The notes beneath the pieces are model-generated. The model made no database searches. It saw only the letters and a program-made list of their open reading frames with translations, and had not been told where the DNA came from. Positions 51,301 to 64,000 of a stretch of DNA of 64,000 nt are shown piece by piece; the stretch's first letter is position 1, and each line of letters opens with the position of its first letter. The translations under genes and the position numbers were made by a program. The stretch comes from Cenococcum geophilum (lineage: Eukaryota): positions 7,130,001 through 7,194,000 of the forward strand of contig CP158636.1 of NCBI GenBank assembly GCA_050273025.1. The letters are read 5' to 3'.

Positions 51301-54245
51301 CCTTACATAATAATATTAATTTCAACTATTTAATTGTGGTTAATATTATATATATTAATGGCGCACCCCTTTTATATATCGTTAATAAAGGAATATAATT
51401 TTAAGCTAGCAGATAGCTGTAAAATATTAGCGCTAAGTATATATGGGATATATTACGAATATGCTAGATCGACACATACCTAGGACCTCCTAATATTATC
51501 ACATATAATATAGGCAAGAATTTTATAAGTAAGGAATTCAAATAATATGCTATAATATTTGGAATAGTTATAAGAAGTGTACCTATCAAAGCCCACAATT
51601 TAGTCGGAATGGTAGAACGCTACTATAGCCCCCTCCGTCGCATATACTATATCATTACTACAAAACTACCAGATATTAGTAAGGACATAGCCCTATAAAT
51701 AGCTTTTAAAGCAATTAATAATTCCGCAGGCCCTAATGGTCTTATACCCACCTTACTAGTATTCGGAGCTTACCCACGCATAGTGGAATCCGACGTACCT
51801 AACCCTACAGTTATACAACGAGCAGTAGCTCTTAAAAAGGCTATAGAAGAAGTTAAGAAGCTTAGAGCTAAGCGCTAAGTAGCAGATACCCTTAATATGC
51901 GCAATGGACCTAAAACAACTGCAATCTATAACCTACCACTTAACTCACCCATATTAGTATGGAGAGAAGGACCTATAAGCCAACCTAGCTACTAGTCTAG
52001 TCCGCACAACCTACTTAGTATTAAAAATAAGACCTGTACTATACAACTTCCCTATAAACCCACTAACTTCCGCAATATAGTCGTAAAACCATATCTAGTA
52101 GACCCTAAGATTACAGAGAATATATAACTAGAAGACAATAAAAGCGAACCACCTTAAACTAAGCCTAAACCCCTACCTTAAACTAAACCTAAACCCCTAC
52201 CTCAAACTAAGCCTAGACCTCAACCCATTAAGCATAAAAAAGGTAAACCACGTAAGTACCCCATCAAAGCTAATACCGTAAACATTTTAATATATCTATA
52301 AGATAAAGACAATAATCAACTTACAAATTCTAATTAGTTTATAGTATCACGCCAGAAGGAAATTAAGGGATTACTTAAGAAAGGAGTTTTTAAACTAGTC
52401 AACCCTAAAGATATACCATAAAGCAACAGAGTATTTAACTCTAGATTCGTTGATAAGATCAAAAACCCCAGTTCTAATAAAGCCTTTAAGAAGTCAAGAC
52501 TAGTTATATAGGCATATAATGACCTAAAAAAAGACCTTGTATTAACCTAATCACCTATAATCTAACAAGTTAGCCAACGCCTTATTCTCTATATTACGGC
52601 CATAACTTAAAACAATAGCATACATCTCTACTTATAAGATATTTCATAGGCCTATATACAATCAGCTATAAGACTAAATTAAGACTTCTATATTAGGGCA
52701 CCTCTCGAACTTAATACGGCACTTAGAGTCTTATAAGGCACAATTCTAAAGGTTGTTAGACCTTTATACGGCATTCCTAAGATAGGCAATTATTAGTTTA
52801 AGACTTACTATAACCACCATATTAAAAAACTAAACATAAGCCAATCTACTTATAACCCCTACTTACTCCACCTTAATAACCCCACAAATTTCAGAATAGT
52901 TAGTTTACAGACTAATAACACCCTCCTACTAGCTAACTTAGTCTTTACAGCTTCAGAACAAAAGAAGATTAAAAAAGCTAAGTTCCTAACTAAGGAACGC
53001 GAATAACTTACGCTGGAACACCCAATTAAGTTTAATAAAGGCATTATCTAACAATAGGATTATATAATCACGCTTACACAGAAGCGCCAATGCCAGAACT
53101 TAACCCTTATTAATATTAAGGAAGCTATTACAACAACTAGTTCCAAAGGCACTATTTATATAGCACTTACACTTAAGGACTAATACATTGCCCAATAAGT
53201 AAAAGGAGCTTATATTGCGTCCGTATACCAGCCTAAAGCTTCTTTTAATTTATCCTACGCTGCCTAGGTAATTAACCCTAACGAGAAAGACGCAAAACTG
53301 CTTAATAAGAGAATTTAGTAGCAAATTAAGAACCTAATAAGAGGTTTAAACTTTATTAAACTTAATATAAAGACATTACAACTACTTATATTTACTAATT
53401 CCTTATTTACAAACAATAAGGATCTCTTATTACAGATTAGATACATCCTAGTACTAGCAGACTTATTAAATAAGGCAAACATCGTCCACTAGTCCTCAGT
53501 CAAGTGTAAGAAAATCACTAGAAGCGTACTAGCCTCCAAATTATATACTATAGCCCATAGTTTCAACATCAGCGCTGCAATTAAGGCCATAGTCGAATTA
53601 CAACTTAACATTAGCCTACTGCTTATTCTTTATACCGATTTAAAGTCGATCTATAAATGCCTTATTAAACTAGAAACTATATAGGAAAAGAGACTCATAA
53701 TTGATGTTATATGCCTACGTTAGTTATATAAAAGACGCGAAATAGCTAAAGTTAAGTAGATTAATAGAGACAGTAACCCTGTGGACGCTATAACTAAAAG
53801 CAAACCATTATTAGCTCTTAAGCATAACACAAACCGAATCGAGTTAAAGATAGTAGAATAGGTAGAATATGCTACTAACAATAGCACTAATATAAAGGCA
53901 TAGGGTAAGGAAGGAAGGAAGGAAGGAAGGAAAAAAAGAAAGAGAAGTATATATATAGATTTTCGAACTGCACAGTTATAGAATACTAGTCCTCCGCATT
54001 TTCTAAAATACTCCTAGTATAGCTAGAATATATTGCATTGCAATAGGAGGCAAATTGCCGCCATGTATGGCAAGTTTCCGTTACGTAACACAAGTTGCCG
54101 TCACGTGTCACCGCGGCACTAGTATGGTAAGGAACCTTAAGTTCCTCACCCTTCTTTGTATTGAAAGACAATATCTATTTACAACACCGCATAGTACATA
54201 TCATTGTAATATATGTATTCTGCACGTTGTTAAAGCATACCAACA
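48371..54245 (+). mobile_element. Full-length Ty1/Copia element D (GalEa-like), 5875 bp
   Basis: 228-bp LTRs 48371-48598 and 54018-54245. TSD GTATT. gag-PR-IN-RT (KSRLV 52491; LQT(DD)TL ~52905)-RH. (GGAA)n microsatellite at ~53907-53932. Confidence 0.95.
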
Positions 54246-56526
54246 GTATTAATTAGATTATAATATTCTTTAGGTATAAGAGGTTAGGAGTTAATATATT
54301 GCTTTAGTTCTAACGCCTTTTTAATATCTTTTAGTGTTATAGTAAAGATCTTATAGTCTCGTTTTCTTATTAATAAATAAAAGAGTGCGGCTTATATTAT
54401 ATAAAATTTAAAGGGTTTTAATATATTATCTTTGCATTCTTTACCATAATTAATAGTTATAACTTTATTATATTAGTTTAAGGTTTATAGTAAGGGTAAT
54501 TTATATTATATTAAATTTAAATAGTTGTGTATATATTTATAGGGTAAGTAGTATTTTAAGTAATAACTTCGGCAGTAGGTTATACGGAATTTTAGTATTT
54601 CTTTAACCTAGCTAATTAAAGGGTTATATTGTTTTAGCTATCTATATTTAAGTATTACCTTATAATGCTTTAAGGGTGTTATAAATAGGGAAATATATTT
54701 AAGGTATTTGCCTATCCGCATCTTTATAAGAGCGTAGTATGTTAGTTTACTATATATTAAAGGCTTACCATTAAAGCCTTTTAGGCCTTAGGGCTTATTA
54801 AATTTCTTTAAATTTAAGCATTAAGTTTTCGCGTAGTTTGTATTAATAAAGCCCATACTAATAGCTTCGCTATCTATAAGGATTTATACTTCCTTCTATT
54901 TTCTAAGTATTTAAATTTTACTAAGTATATTAAGGAAGTTATATTATATATTAGCGCTAAAAGAGCCTAGATACTTATACTCTTCTACTTCTTATTTTAA
55001 GGCGCGACTTAGCCCTAGAATAATTTATTTTCTAAATTAACTAAAGGTAAGATAATTTATAGCGACTAAGTATAATTTATAAAATAAGTATAATTTAAAG
55101 ACTAAGAGGAACTACGTCAGACCCTTTTAAAAGGGTAAGTTTAGTAATTTCTTTAAATATATCCCTTTTTACCATATCTAAAGCATTCTCTATTTACGGC
55201 TTATATTCTTTATTTATTAGTTCCTAAGGGTGTATAGGATTAAGTAGTGTTAAGGTCTATAGGGTTATATATAGGGCTTTTTAGTTTTAGAGATAGATTA
55301 CGCTTTAGGGTATATACCGGGTTTATAGAGTTTTAAACGCGAGGTATAGTTAGCTTTAGAAAATAAGTTTATTTATTATATTAAAGGTCCTTATTAATTC
55401 GTTAACACATTATAGTAAATTTAGGTAAGTCCTTTAGCAGTTCTCTACCTATTAACTATACTCTAATTTTATCTAAAATAGCTTAATGGAGAGTAGTAAC
55501 TCTAGTGGCTTTATTCTAATCTAGTTTACTAATAAGGCCTAAATTTTTTAAAAGAAGCTAGTAAAGTCTTAGTTTCGTTATTATAGGTTTTTAAGTTTAG
55601 TAATAGCTGTGTATTCGCGGCTAGCGTTATTATACGTTTATTCTAATAGAGAGATAAAGATTTTAAAATTAATAAAGGTGCTATTACGGAAGAATGGGTC
55701 TATAGTTTATATAGCGTCTTTACTTAAATAAGATATTCCATAGCTAATCTTACTAGCCTAGTAAGGTATTAATTATAGTTTATTAAAAGTTTAAGATAGA
55801 GCTTAGTTATAAAGGGATATAGGTTATTTTAATTTCTATTAAACATTAGAGGATTAGGGAGCTTTTTAAATTTTATAGTAGGTATTGGGTTTATTATAGA
55901 TATAGATTAAGTTGCCATTACTAATTTAGGGTTTATATTTAACAGGTTAGGTTTATATACAGTTATTTTTATTTTATTTATAGGTGTTACTATTAGGGTC
56001 TTTAACGTAAGTGCTTTAAGGTTATAGAGTTCTTTATGGATTGTTCCTATCAATTACTAGTACTAACCTTCTAATATTGCTCGCTATTAGGCTAAAGCAT
56101 CCGTAAAGGACTGTTATATTATAGTTAACTATTCCCTAACTAAGGCTATAATGCTTATAGTTAACGCGGAGGGTTTAAGTTTGTTTACTATTTTAATAGT
56201 AGTTATTTTAACGTAATATAATATAAGGGCGCGAAGAGACTTTAGGGAAGATTTAAAGGAATAATATAAATTCTATCTAAATCTAAGGGTATATAGCTCT
56301 TGCTAAGAACAAGACATTATATAAAGAAGAGAAAGGAATAACAAGAAATTTATATAATTAAATAGTTAGGGGCTTGGTGGTTAATGCGTACGTATATACG
56401 CACGCGGTCTTCGACAGACTTTGGTAAAATTTAATTGATCTAGTAGAATTTGGCTAAAGCGTCGAAATTTATCTATCGAGTATTTCACCAAGACATTCCT
56501 ACTGTAACTAGGCTAGTCCCGTTATA

Positions 56527-57124
56527 ATAGGTATATTAAAGTACCCGGCATCTATAATATTGTATTTACTAGGTAAGGCTTTAAACCCTTTAACTTTAGT
56601 AGAGCTAATTACTCTACTATTATAAGCCATACCCTCCTATTTAGCTAGAACGTATATAAAGTTTATTTAAAAGTTAATAGCTATAAGTATGTTCTACATT
56701 AATCCTCCCTTTCTACTACGCTAGGGAGCCTATATTATATAGCCGCCCTTAATAGAAATAGGAAAATAAGTACCGTTAAAGGCTCTAATATAATTAGTAA
56801 AGAAAGAATATTATTTAGGTTATCTATAATCTTTTCTAGAGTAACATCTTTAGGAAGCCGTATAACTTCCTTATATAAATTTAAAAGGCTAATAAAGACT
56901 TTATATATGGCTCTATAGGGCGGTAAATTAATATAGGAAGTTTAGCTAGTGGCTAATAAATACTTACTAGTAGATCGTTATAGATAAGTACTAAGTTACC
57001 TTATTTAGTAACTTATACGAGGTATTATTACTAAATATTATTAGGAATATTATAAGCTTCTTAGCCGTTAATAGAAGCTTTATATTCTTAAGGCCGCTAT
57101 ACACCTATAGCTAATTAAAGAGTT
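56527..57124 (-). pseudogene. PIF/Harbinger DDE transposase, catalytic core (RIP-mutated)
   Basis: De-RIP translation FF.DCIGAFDGTHF....APWRSRKGGL.QNVL.A.DF..NF.YVLAGWEG.AHDSRVI....GK Y...DAGY; continues in frame at 11716 once Gypsy B and one TSD are removed. Confidence 0.9.
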
Positions 57125-58477
57125 CCCTATTTCTGCATTCTTTTCTATCTCTAGGGGTAGTAAAGAAGAAGCTGTACAAGAACATCTAAGACTAGTAGAA
57201 AATCTATAAGAATCCCTAGAATGGGACCTAGTAGATATATACTATATAGACGGCTCTAAAGATAGTAAATCAAGTGTAGCGGCCGTATGTAAAATAGGGG
57301 AGAGAAATAGGATTAAATACGCAACAAATTGGAATCTAGGGCCTTATATGGAAATTATGGACGCAGAACTTTATGCAGTCTATAGGGCCCTAGAATATCT
57401 AAAACAACAAAGACTAGAAGAGAAACAAGTTTATATCTTTATAGATAGCCAAGCAGCTATTAAAAGATTACAGCTTAATTCTCTTACAGGGGGACAAGAA
57501 CTAGTCTTTAAAATTACGCAAAGCTGCTCTTATCTAGCTAGTAAGAGTATCTTTATTAACTTTTATTGGGTTCCTAGCCACCTAGGAATCTATGGAAACG
57601 AAATAGCAGATAAGCTAGCTAAAAAGGGCCTCTCTAGAAGAAAAATACAATCTTCTTATACATCCCTAGCCTATATAGGGAGAGCAGCAAGAGAAAAAAT
57701 ACTAGGACAGTGGAAAAGCAGCTGGCAACAGAAAAAAAATAAAGGAAAACACTATACTAGGATCTCTAGAGGAAACTACTCTTTATCTCTTAAAGCCCCT
57801 AAGGATAAATATCCTAAAAGGTTACAATCAGCTTTCTATTAACTAAAACTAGGAAAAGGCTTCTTTAAATCCTTCTCTAAGACAATAGGGAAGGATAAAG
57901 AAGGTAAATGCTTTAAGGGCTGTAGAGCTATATAGACTCCTAAGCACCTATTACTAGAATGCAGACTATATAGGGAAGAGAGAAAAGAAATGCAAAGATA
58001 ACTAAGCTCTTCTCTCTTCCTAGAGAAGCTCTTTTGTACAGAGAAAGGAAGAGAGGCGCTCTTTCTATTTCTAAGTAAGACAAAAATAGCTACTAGAGAG
58101 TGGCTAATGGAAGCAGAAGCTTTAGAAGGAGGTAACTCCTACTAGACTTTTAGTAAATAGACAGTAGTAAGCAAAAGGACAGAAATAAACTATAAAATGT
58201 ACAGGGGCAGGCGTTAGGATTCGTTTACCGTTTCTTTTACCGTTTTTCTACTGTTTTAATACTACCTAATAGTTGTCGTAACCTAGTATTTTACTAGGGA
58301 GCGGTAAACCTCTAGTCTAGAGGTTTATAAACTACTAGGACATAGCTACTAGTACATATTAAGCTGCCTAGAAAGGATTTATGTATATAGAACTATAGCG
58401 CCATAGCCCAGAGGCTACATGCGCAGTATTGTACGTAGTACAATACAATGGATATTAAAAAAAAAATTAAAAAAAAT
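57125..58477 (+). mobile_element. 5'-truncated LINE (Tad1-like) with poly(A) tail
   Basis: TSD TTAAAGAGTT at 57115-57124 and 58478-58487. A-rich tail ~58457-58476. Encodes RNase H plus a C-terminal CCHC knuckle. Confidence 0.92.
57126..58145 (+). pseudogene. LINE ORF2 C-terminus: RNase H and zinc knuckle (includes track ORF 57348-57842)
   Basis: Y(T)DGSK...DAELYAV...FIDSQAAI...WVPSHLGIYGNEIADKLAK, then KCFKGC...TPKHLLLEC. Only a few CAR>TAR stops. Confidence 0.92.
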
Positions 58478-58957
58478 TTAAAGAGTTTCTTAAATACATA
58501 GGGCCTTATCTAGGTAATATTTAAAGGTTGTGCCTTATAGCTATAGAGCAACTACGTTATCTACCTTATGCCTCTCTATATATTAGTATATTAAGTACAA
58601 ACACCGTATAAAAGTAATATTATTGCGATTATAAGAGTTAAAATAAGGATGTTATAAAATATATATAAGCGCGACTAAAATAGCGTCGCGATTAGGGTAG
58701 GTGGAGTTATTATTACAAGCAGTTGTTAATTAGCCTTTAGATTTAAACTAGATTTAAAATAAGGAGCTTTAAGCTCCTTATTAAACTAACGCCAAGAGCC
58801 TTGGTTTAACTACTATATATAGTATAGCTTTTAAATTTACCGATCTAGAGGAGCTTTAGATTGGAAAGTTGTTAGATTAACTAAACGATGGCGTCAGAAT
58901 TAGATTTAAGCCTTAGATCGGCTCTGATCTAAAGCCTTTAGATTCAATCTAAAGCTG

Positions 58958-58972
58958 CAACTAAACGACCCC
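58958..58972 (-). repeat. Putative right TIR of the Harbinger element
   Basis: rc GGGGTCGTTTAGTTG resembles PIF/Tourist termini. It is followed by TTA (58973-58975) and preceded by short palindromic subterminal repeats (~58730-58955). The partner TIR is not in the window. Confidence 0.7.
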
Positions 58973-59219
58973 TTAAGCAATACGGAGGTGCGTTTTAAAA
59001 GTCTTGTCCGCTAAGAAAATTTCCGCCGCCTTCTAAATCTAAATACCCTCCCATTTATCCTCTCCCACTTTAGGTGCTTTTAAGCGACTTGGTGCCTCTA
59101 TAGCACCCCCCCTATACTTATTACCCCCTTTAAGCTTAATCCAAGCCTAAATCCTCCACTACTTAAGATCTCTCTGTACTGCCCGCCATTTCTTCTTTAT
59201 AACTTCCCTATATTATAAC

Positions 59220-59372
59220 TATTACGGCAACTTAGCCAATTAAGACTCTAGTACTGTAATATAACGAGCGCAAGCCTATATAGTTGGTAGTCTATTAACG
59301 CGGATATAAAGATAAGGAGTAGATGCTAGTGTCTATATATTGCTTGGCAGTGTCCATCTTAGTAACGCATAA
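59220..59372. repeat. Degenerate LTR-like copy (family G); right boundary unresolved
   Basis: Similar to 60043-60247 and 60403-60586 over ~120 bp; no clean TSD. Confidence 0.55.
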
Positions 59373-60042
59373 TGCTAAGACCTTTAACAATATTCGGAAA
59401 TATTGAACGCACTCACTACGTGGCTAATTCGCTTTTTAACATCGTTAAACTCGTTAATATTTATTACTTATTCGTTCGAGAATCATTTTATAACCGCTTA
59501 TAACTAACTAGGATACCTATACGCGCGTATAATCCTAATAAGCAAACCTATCTAGTCGACTTACCTTAACTACACCATTGTCTACAACCGTTACATTCTC
59601 CTTTATTAGTCCGATAATGCCGTCCGAAGCCAATATACGCGCTACTGCCGTAGAAGAGCATAAAATTGCTAGAGGGTAAAGGGAATAAGCCTAAGATAAA
59701 AGGGAGATTTAGAAGTATAAGGAAGAGCGTAAAGCCCGCCTAGCGGAGGAAGCTTGCTAGTATAAATACTACTAGGCTTAAATAGCTTAATTATAGTTAG
59801 GCTTAGCTACTTCGGCCCTCTAAGCTACTATAATGGCCATTATAGCTAATAACCTTAATAAGCCTCTCCCTTTTAACGTAAAGTTACTTAAACTTTGCCT
59901 TCCTAGCGTTATAAAAAGGAATTACCTAGATATTTTTAAGGGTACCTTTAATTTAGTAAACCTTACCTACCTTTAAGTTTATACCGCTTAAATTAAGATT
60001 ATTAATAAAATATAAATTAAGAATAGTACTCTAGTTATAAGA

Positions 60043-60247
60043 TGTTACGGCGACTTAGTTAATTAAGGTACTAAGATGGTAATATAACGCGCGCACGCCT
60101 GTATAATTGGTAGTCTATAGACTTAAATATTAAAATAAGGAGTAGAAGAAGGTAGGAAGGAGGGTATATCTATATATATAGAGCTAAGCCCTTAGCTAAA
60201 CCTCTAACTAGGCTCCTAGCTAGGTAACGCATAACAGCGCCGTTATA
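60043..60247. mobile_element. Solo LTR (family G), 205 bp
   Basis: TGTTACGGCG...CCGTTATA termini; TSD TAAGA at 60038-60042 and 60248-60252. Confidence 0.88.
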
Positions 60248-60402
60248 TAAGAAAGGTAAAGGTAAATAGAAAGCTATTTATATATAAAGGTATTTAGTTT
60301 AAAGGCTTTACTAACTATATAGTTATTACTAGCACCCTCTATATATACCTGTCAGACCTTATTATTAATATACTTCTCTAAATAAACAGTATATCTAAAT
60401 AG

Positions 60403-60586
60403 TGTTACGGCGACTTAATTAATCAAGACTATAGTACTGCGATACAGCAAGCGCAAGCCTGTACAATTAGTAGTCTATTAATGTGGATATTAAGCTAAGA
60501 AGTAGGGAGTGGTAAAGGACACCTCTATATATATACGCCGAGCCTTAAGCGAACCCCTAACTAGACTTTGTAACGGTACCGTTATA
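60403..60586. mobile_element. Solo LTR (family G), 184 bp
   Basis: TGTTACGGCG...CCGTTATA termini; TSD AATAG at 60398-60402 and 60587-60591. Confidence 0.88.
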
Positions 60587-61199
60587 AATAGATTATATAC
60601 TTAATCTAGTACTTAACTATTACACCTTTATAATAACTAATAGCTAACTAAAGCCCGCTAATTAGTAAATACTAGCCTAGTATATAGCGCTATATCTTAT
60701 AATATCTAGTATTATTAGCTTTACTGCCTTAAGGAGACTTAGGTTAAATACCTTCTATACCCCTAATACTTACTATAAGTTTAATAGTAAGGGCTGCAAT
60801 AATATAGCTTATAAATACCTATATAAGTACTTAAAGTATAGAAAATATTACGCCGCATTATCTAAAGCCTACACCTAGAAATAGTAAGGTAAACTTTATT
60901 AAGTAGGGTCTAGCCTAACTATAATATTAATATTAATTATATACCTAGGACCTAGGCCTAATATATTACTATTATTCCTTACCTTTATAAAAGTAAAGGC
61001 TCTTTACTACTCTCTATTACCGCTGAGGATCTTAGTATAGCGCTCCCTTCTATTTAGCTACTTAGGTAATCTACTAGCTATTTTAGTAGGTATTTTAACC
61101 TATAGCTATAAAATAGAAGCCAAATCTATCTCTATCCTAAAATCTTAGAGAAACTATAACTTCTCTTAAAATAACGCCGACTTTATCTTTAAAAAGATA

Positions 61200-61860
61200 A
61201 TATTAAAGCTTATAAAAAGACGTATTAGAATTGCAGTAAAGCCTATTATAGTCTTACCTCTTGGCCTAGTACTAAAATTAGATAGAGGATACTGCTAAAT
61301 TTATAATCTCTCCTCCCTACTAGTATCTTTTGTTAATAATATAATTCTAGAAGAATATAGAGCACTAGTATACACTAGAGTTACTACTATTTAGGCCTAT
61401 ATTATTTCTACAGGCTATAGATATCTACTACTTAAGAGAGATATTAAAGATATATTCTATATAGTAAAAATATTAATAGGCTTTTCCTAGAAAGGTATTA
61501 CCTACTAAAAATACTACTTATTTATTAATCTTTAAACTACGCTATTTATATTTTATCTCTTTATAAAAGGACTATACTAAATACTCTATTTATAACTACC
61601 CTATTAGGTAAAATACTACTTAAGTAATTTTATCTTTATTCTCGATAACCTAAATAACTTAGGAGATAATACCTAGACTTATATATCTATTACTTACTCC
61701 TTAAATATCCCTTAAAATAGCTCTAAAAATATAATAGGAACTATTATTAAGGTTTTAGAATATATTGTACTTCTAGGAGCCAGTAAAGAGATAGATATAG
61801 CCCATATACGTTTTATAGATATACTCGCATTAAGAGTATATATAGCTCTACTACAGTATA
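61200..61860 (+). pseudogene. Reverse transcriptase remnant of DIRS/Ngaro (tyrosine-recombinase retrotransposon) type
   Basis: De-RIP translation V(S)PLGLV(P)K.D(G)GY(RR)I(HD)LS...V N(D).I.EEY(G)AL.Y...G...LLKRDIKD(A)F, followed by a degenerate YLDDFI at ~61615-61637. No recombinase was identified in the window. Confidence 0.65.
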
Positions 61861-62062
61861 CTTAATGGCTTTAGGGGTTTAATTGCTTCCCTCCTAAATA
61901 TAGGTAATCTATATTAGTACCGGAAGGTCTACACGGGCACTTACTACCAGTAATAATAAGTTCTCTATTACATTCCTAACTAATATCTCTATATTTAGAG
62001 GGTCTATATAGGTACTTACTACTAGTAACAATAGGTCCTCTATTATATTTATAACTAGTATA

Positions 62063-62224
62063 TATAAAGACTCAGTCAAAAGAACAGAATCTATTGGTAG
62101 CCAGTAAATAAGAATTCCAAGACGAGGACTGGAAGAAGGTCGAGAAAAGGACATGTTTATATACATGGCGCCAGGGCTCGGCTTAGCCGAGCCCCTAATT
62201 AGGGTCTATAATAGTGCCGTAACA
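62063..62224. mobile_element. Solo LTR, 162 bp (right half resembles family G)
   Basis: TATAAAG (from TGT)...GCCGTAACA termini; TSD GTATA at 62058-62062 and 62225-62229. Confidence 0.8.
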
Positions 62225-62499
62225 GTATAAAGAAGAAGTCTTTTAGCTATAGCGAATAAGCTATTTTACTAGTCTTAATATCTGCTAGGGGCGCATTAAG
62301 GGTAACTATTTAGAGGCGTTTAGAGTCGAAAATACCTTGGATAAATTGTCTAAAATAAAGGCTAATTAGTAAATCTACTTCCGTAAACCAATCCTATCTA
62401 AAAACTATATTATAACAATTAAATAAGCTACCCTAAAAGGTCTAGGGGCTAATAGTACGAAGGGTACCCTAGGAGTTGCTAATAGTAACTATTAGATTA

Positions 62500-64000
62500 T
62501 ATTACGATGACGAAGTATTATATGCAAACGCTAGATAAACAAGCATTAGATTTAAAGAATTAATAGCTATATATGGCTTTTATAGAGACTTAAGAGGATT
62601 TCTAGAGAGCTTGAAAGGAATATAGCTATGGCGAATCTATATAGGGGCAATTGGGGCGGATAACTATCTACTAAGTAAATAAATAAAGGAACCCTATAAC
62701 GCCAGCTATGTATATAGCGTAGTGTATAAAACGGCAGTCCCGTAATAGATTATAGGTATCTTAGATTATTATCTAGTTGCTATTAAGAAAATATATAATA
62801 GACTTATATAAACATAGAGCGTAGTATATAGGTAGGTTAAACCTATAAACGACGTCTTAATTAATAAGGTTAATTTAGTACCTATGATTATATAATATAT
62901 ATAGGCGGACTTTACCTAAGGGCGTATTTATTGCAATATATACTATAATACGTTTTTCCCCCTCTATATTAAGCCCTAGTTACAGTTAGAAGAGATACAC
63001 TATTAGGGCTTTAGGTTTTCCAAAAGCCGGCCTAATTTATCTTTACTAGCTTACTTTTAGTATTCTTTATAATAGCTATCTATAGGCCTCCTTTAATTTA
63101 TATATATAGTACTAGCGTCTAAGGGGACCGCTAGGCTGTCTAGCTTTTAAGTAGTCTCCCTAGGGGTTACTTAAGAAAGTATTACCCTGTTTAGGTTCTA
63201 TTCCCTAAAACTAACTCTATAAAGCCTATACTATAACTACACTTTAAACGCGTGGGTTTACTACTACCAACTATATAATCTTCTGTAAGCTTTATAGTGT
63301 TAAGCAATTACTTTATATAGCAGATTTTAGCAAAGAGGTCCTTAGCAGTTCTGTAAGGGATCTTTTAGCCCTTCCCTCCTTATCGGTTCGTCTCTCTCTA
63401 TACTTAGGCTATTGCCTACCCTTATTACTATATCGTTCTCTTCTACCAACTCTCCTTGTAACTTACGCTTGGCTTACCTACTCCCTACTATATACCCTAG
63501 CAATGTGCCTTATAAGTTCTTACCTATTTAATAAAGTTTTAACAGAAGAGCTCTGCTTATAGGTAGGCTAGGAGGTATAAGGACTAAAAATCTACCTATT
63601 ATTTAGGATTAATAAAAGAGGTATATAAGAAGCGGTCTACTAAGCTATATATACGGGCTAAGAAGACGTTAAACCTCTAGTTCTCCTTTATAAATGCCGT
63701 ATAATATATAGTAGCATTATTAAAGCGTCTTACTATAGGGTTCCTAATATACTCTTAGATTATAGTCTTAAACTTATCCTATAGTAAAGGACCTTTATTC
63801 TTAGTACCTAGCTAGTAATAAATTAGTTAAGTAATAGTCTTTTCTTTTATAAGACCTTTAATAGCCTAGCGCGTGCGTCGCTTATAGTTATAGTTAGTAT
63901 TATTAACCTTAAATTAGTTTTTAACTGCGGTAATCTACTAGTTAAAGTGCTATTAAGTAGTACTGCTAATATTAAATAGTAACTTCTTAACTAGGGCATT
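62500..64000 (-). mobile_element. Possible 3' end of a gag-only LTR element running off the window
   Basis: Candidate LTR 62500-62950 (TATTAC...TAATA), adjacent PPT-like rc AGAGGGGGAAAAACG (62951-62965), and a degenerate gag-like minus frame at ~63200-64000. No second LTR or TSD is visible. Confidence 0.4.

Larger units (their letters stand above)
11717..56526 (-). mobile_element. Ty3/Gypsy element family B, expanded to 44.8 kb by nested insertions
   Basis: LTRs 11717-12020 (3') and 56222-56526 (5'). TSD ATAGG at 11712-11716 and 56527-56531. PPT (rc AAAAGGGGGGGTAC) at 12021-12034. Its own internal pieces: 12021-12068, integrase 27646-28785, RNase H/RT 47012-48370 (AYIDDILIY-like at ~47805-47832), protease (LIDSGA-like ~54870-54895) and gag to 56221. 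Confidence 0.92.
10466..58972 (-). mobile_element. PIF/Harbinger DNA transposon, fragmented; outermost host of the nest (left end outside the window)
   Basis: Transposase remnants at ~11100-11716, 56527-57124 and ~58478-58700 join across the TSDs of the insertions. Right terminus CAACTAAACGACCCC is followed by TTA. Confidence 0.85.

Noticed and set aside
61900..62060. ~78-bp duplicated segment as a separate element
   Set aside because: It has no clear termini or TSD and is too degenerate to classify.
1..64000. Alternative genetic code (TAA/TAG read-through) or an AT-rich bacterial, organellar or viral origin
   Set aside because: Stops fall at both Gln and Trp positions, differ between paralogous copies, and accompany C>T/G>A missense changes in catalytic motifs. 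This is the RIP pattern.

Overview
No intact host gene is present. The window is AT-rich fungal (filamentous ascomycete-type) DNA damaged by repeat-induced point mutation (RIP), with pervasive C>T/G>A transitions, excess TpA and CAR/TGG codons turned into TAA/TAG. It consists almost entirely of nested transposons whose insertion order can be read from target-site duplications (TSDs). A PIF/Harbinger DNA transposon (right end 58972) hosts a Ty3/Gypsy element (11717-56526, TSD ATAGG). That element holds a chimeric chromovirus and several GalEa-like Ty1/Copia elements, nested up to 5 levels deep. Also present: a non-autonomous Copia derivative with an expanded (RGGP)n repeat, a foldback TA-MITE, a 5'-truncated Tad1-like LINE, solo LTRs and a DIRS/Ngaro-like RT remnant. 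Highlights: (1) a ~1 kb non-coding SINE-like retroelement whose first base starts a complete HDV-like ribozyme fold (23823-23908); (2) a second SINE-like element with a 12x41-bp hairpin array and a 3' tail shared with the local LINE; (3) an AT-hook motif after the integrase of every full-length Copia, and a palindrome in place of the tRNA primer site. All analysis was by eye; boundaries without a TSD are approximate.
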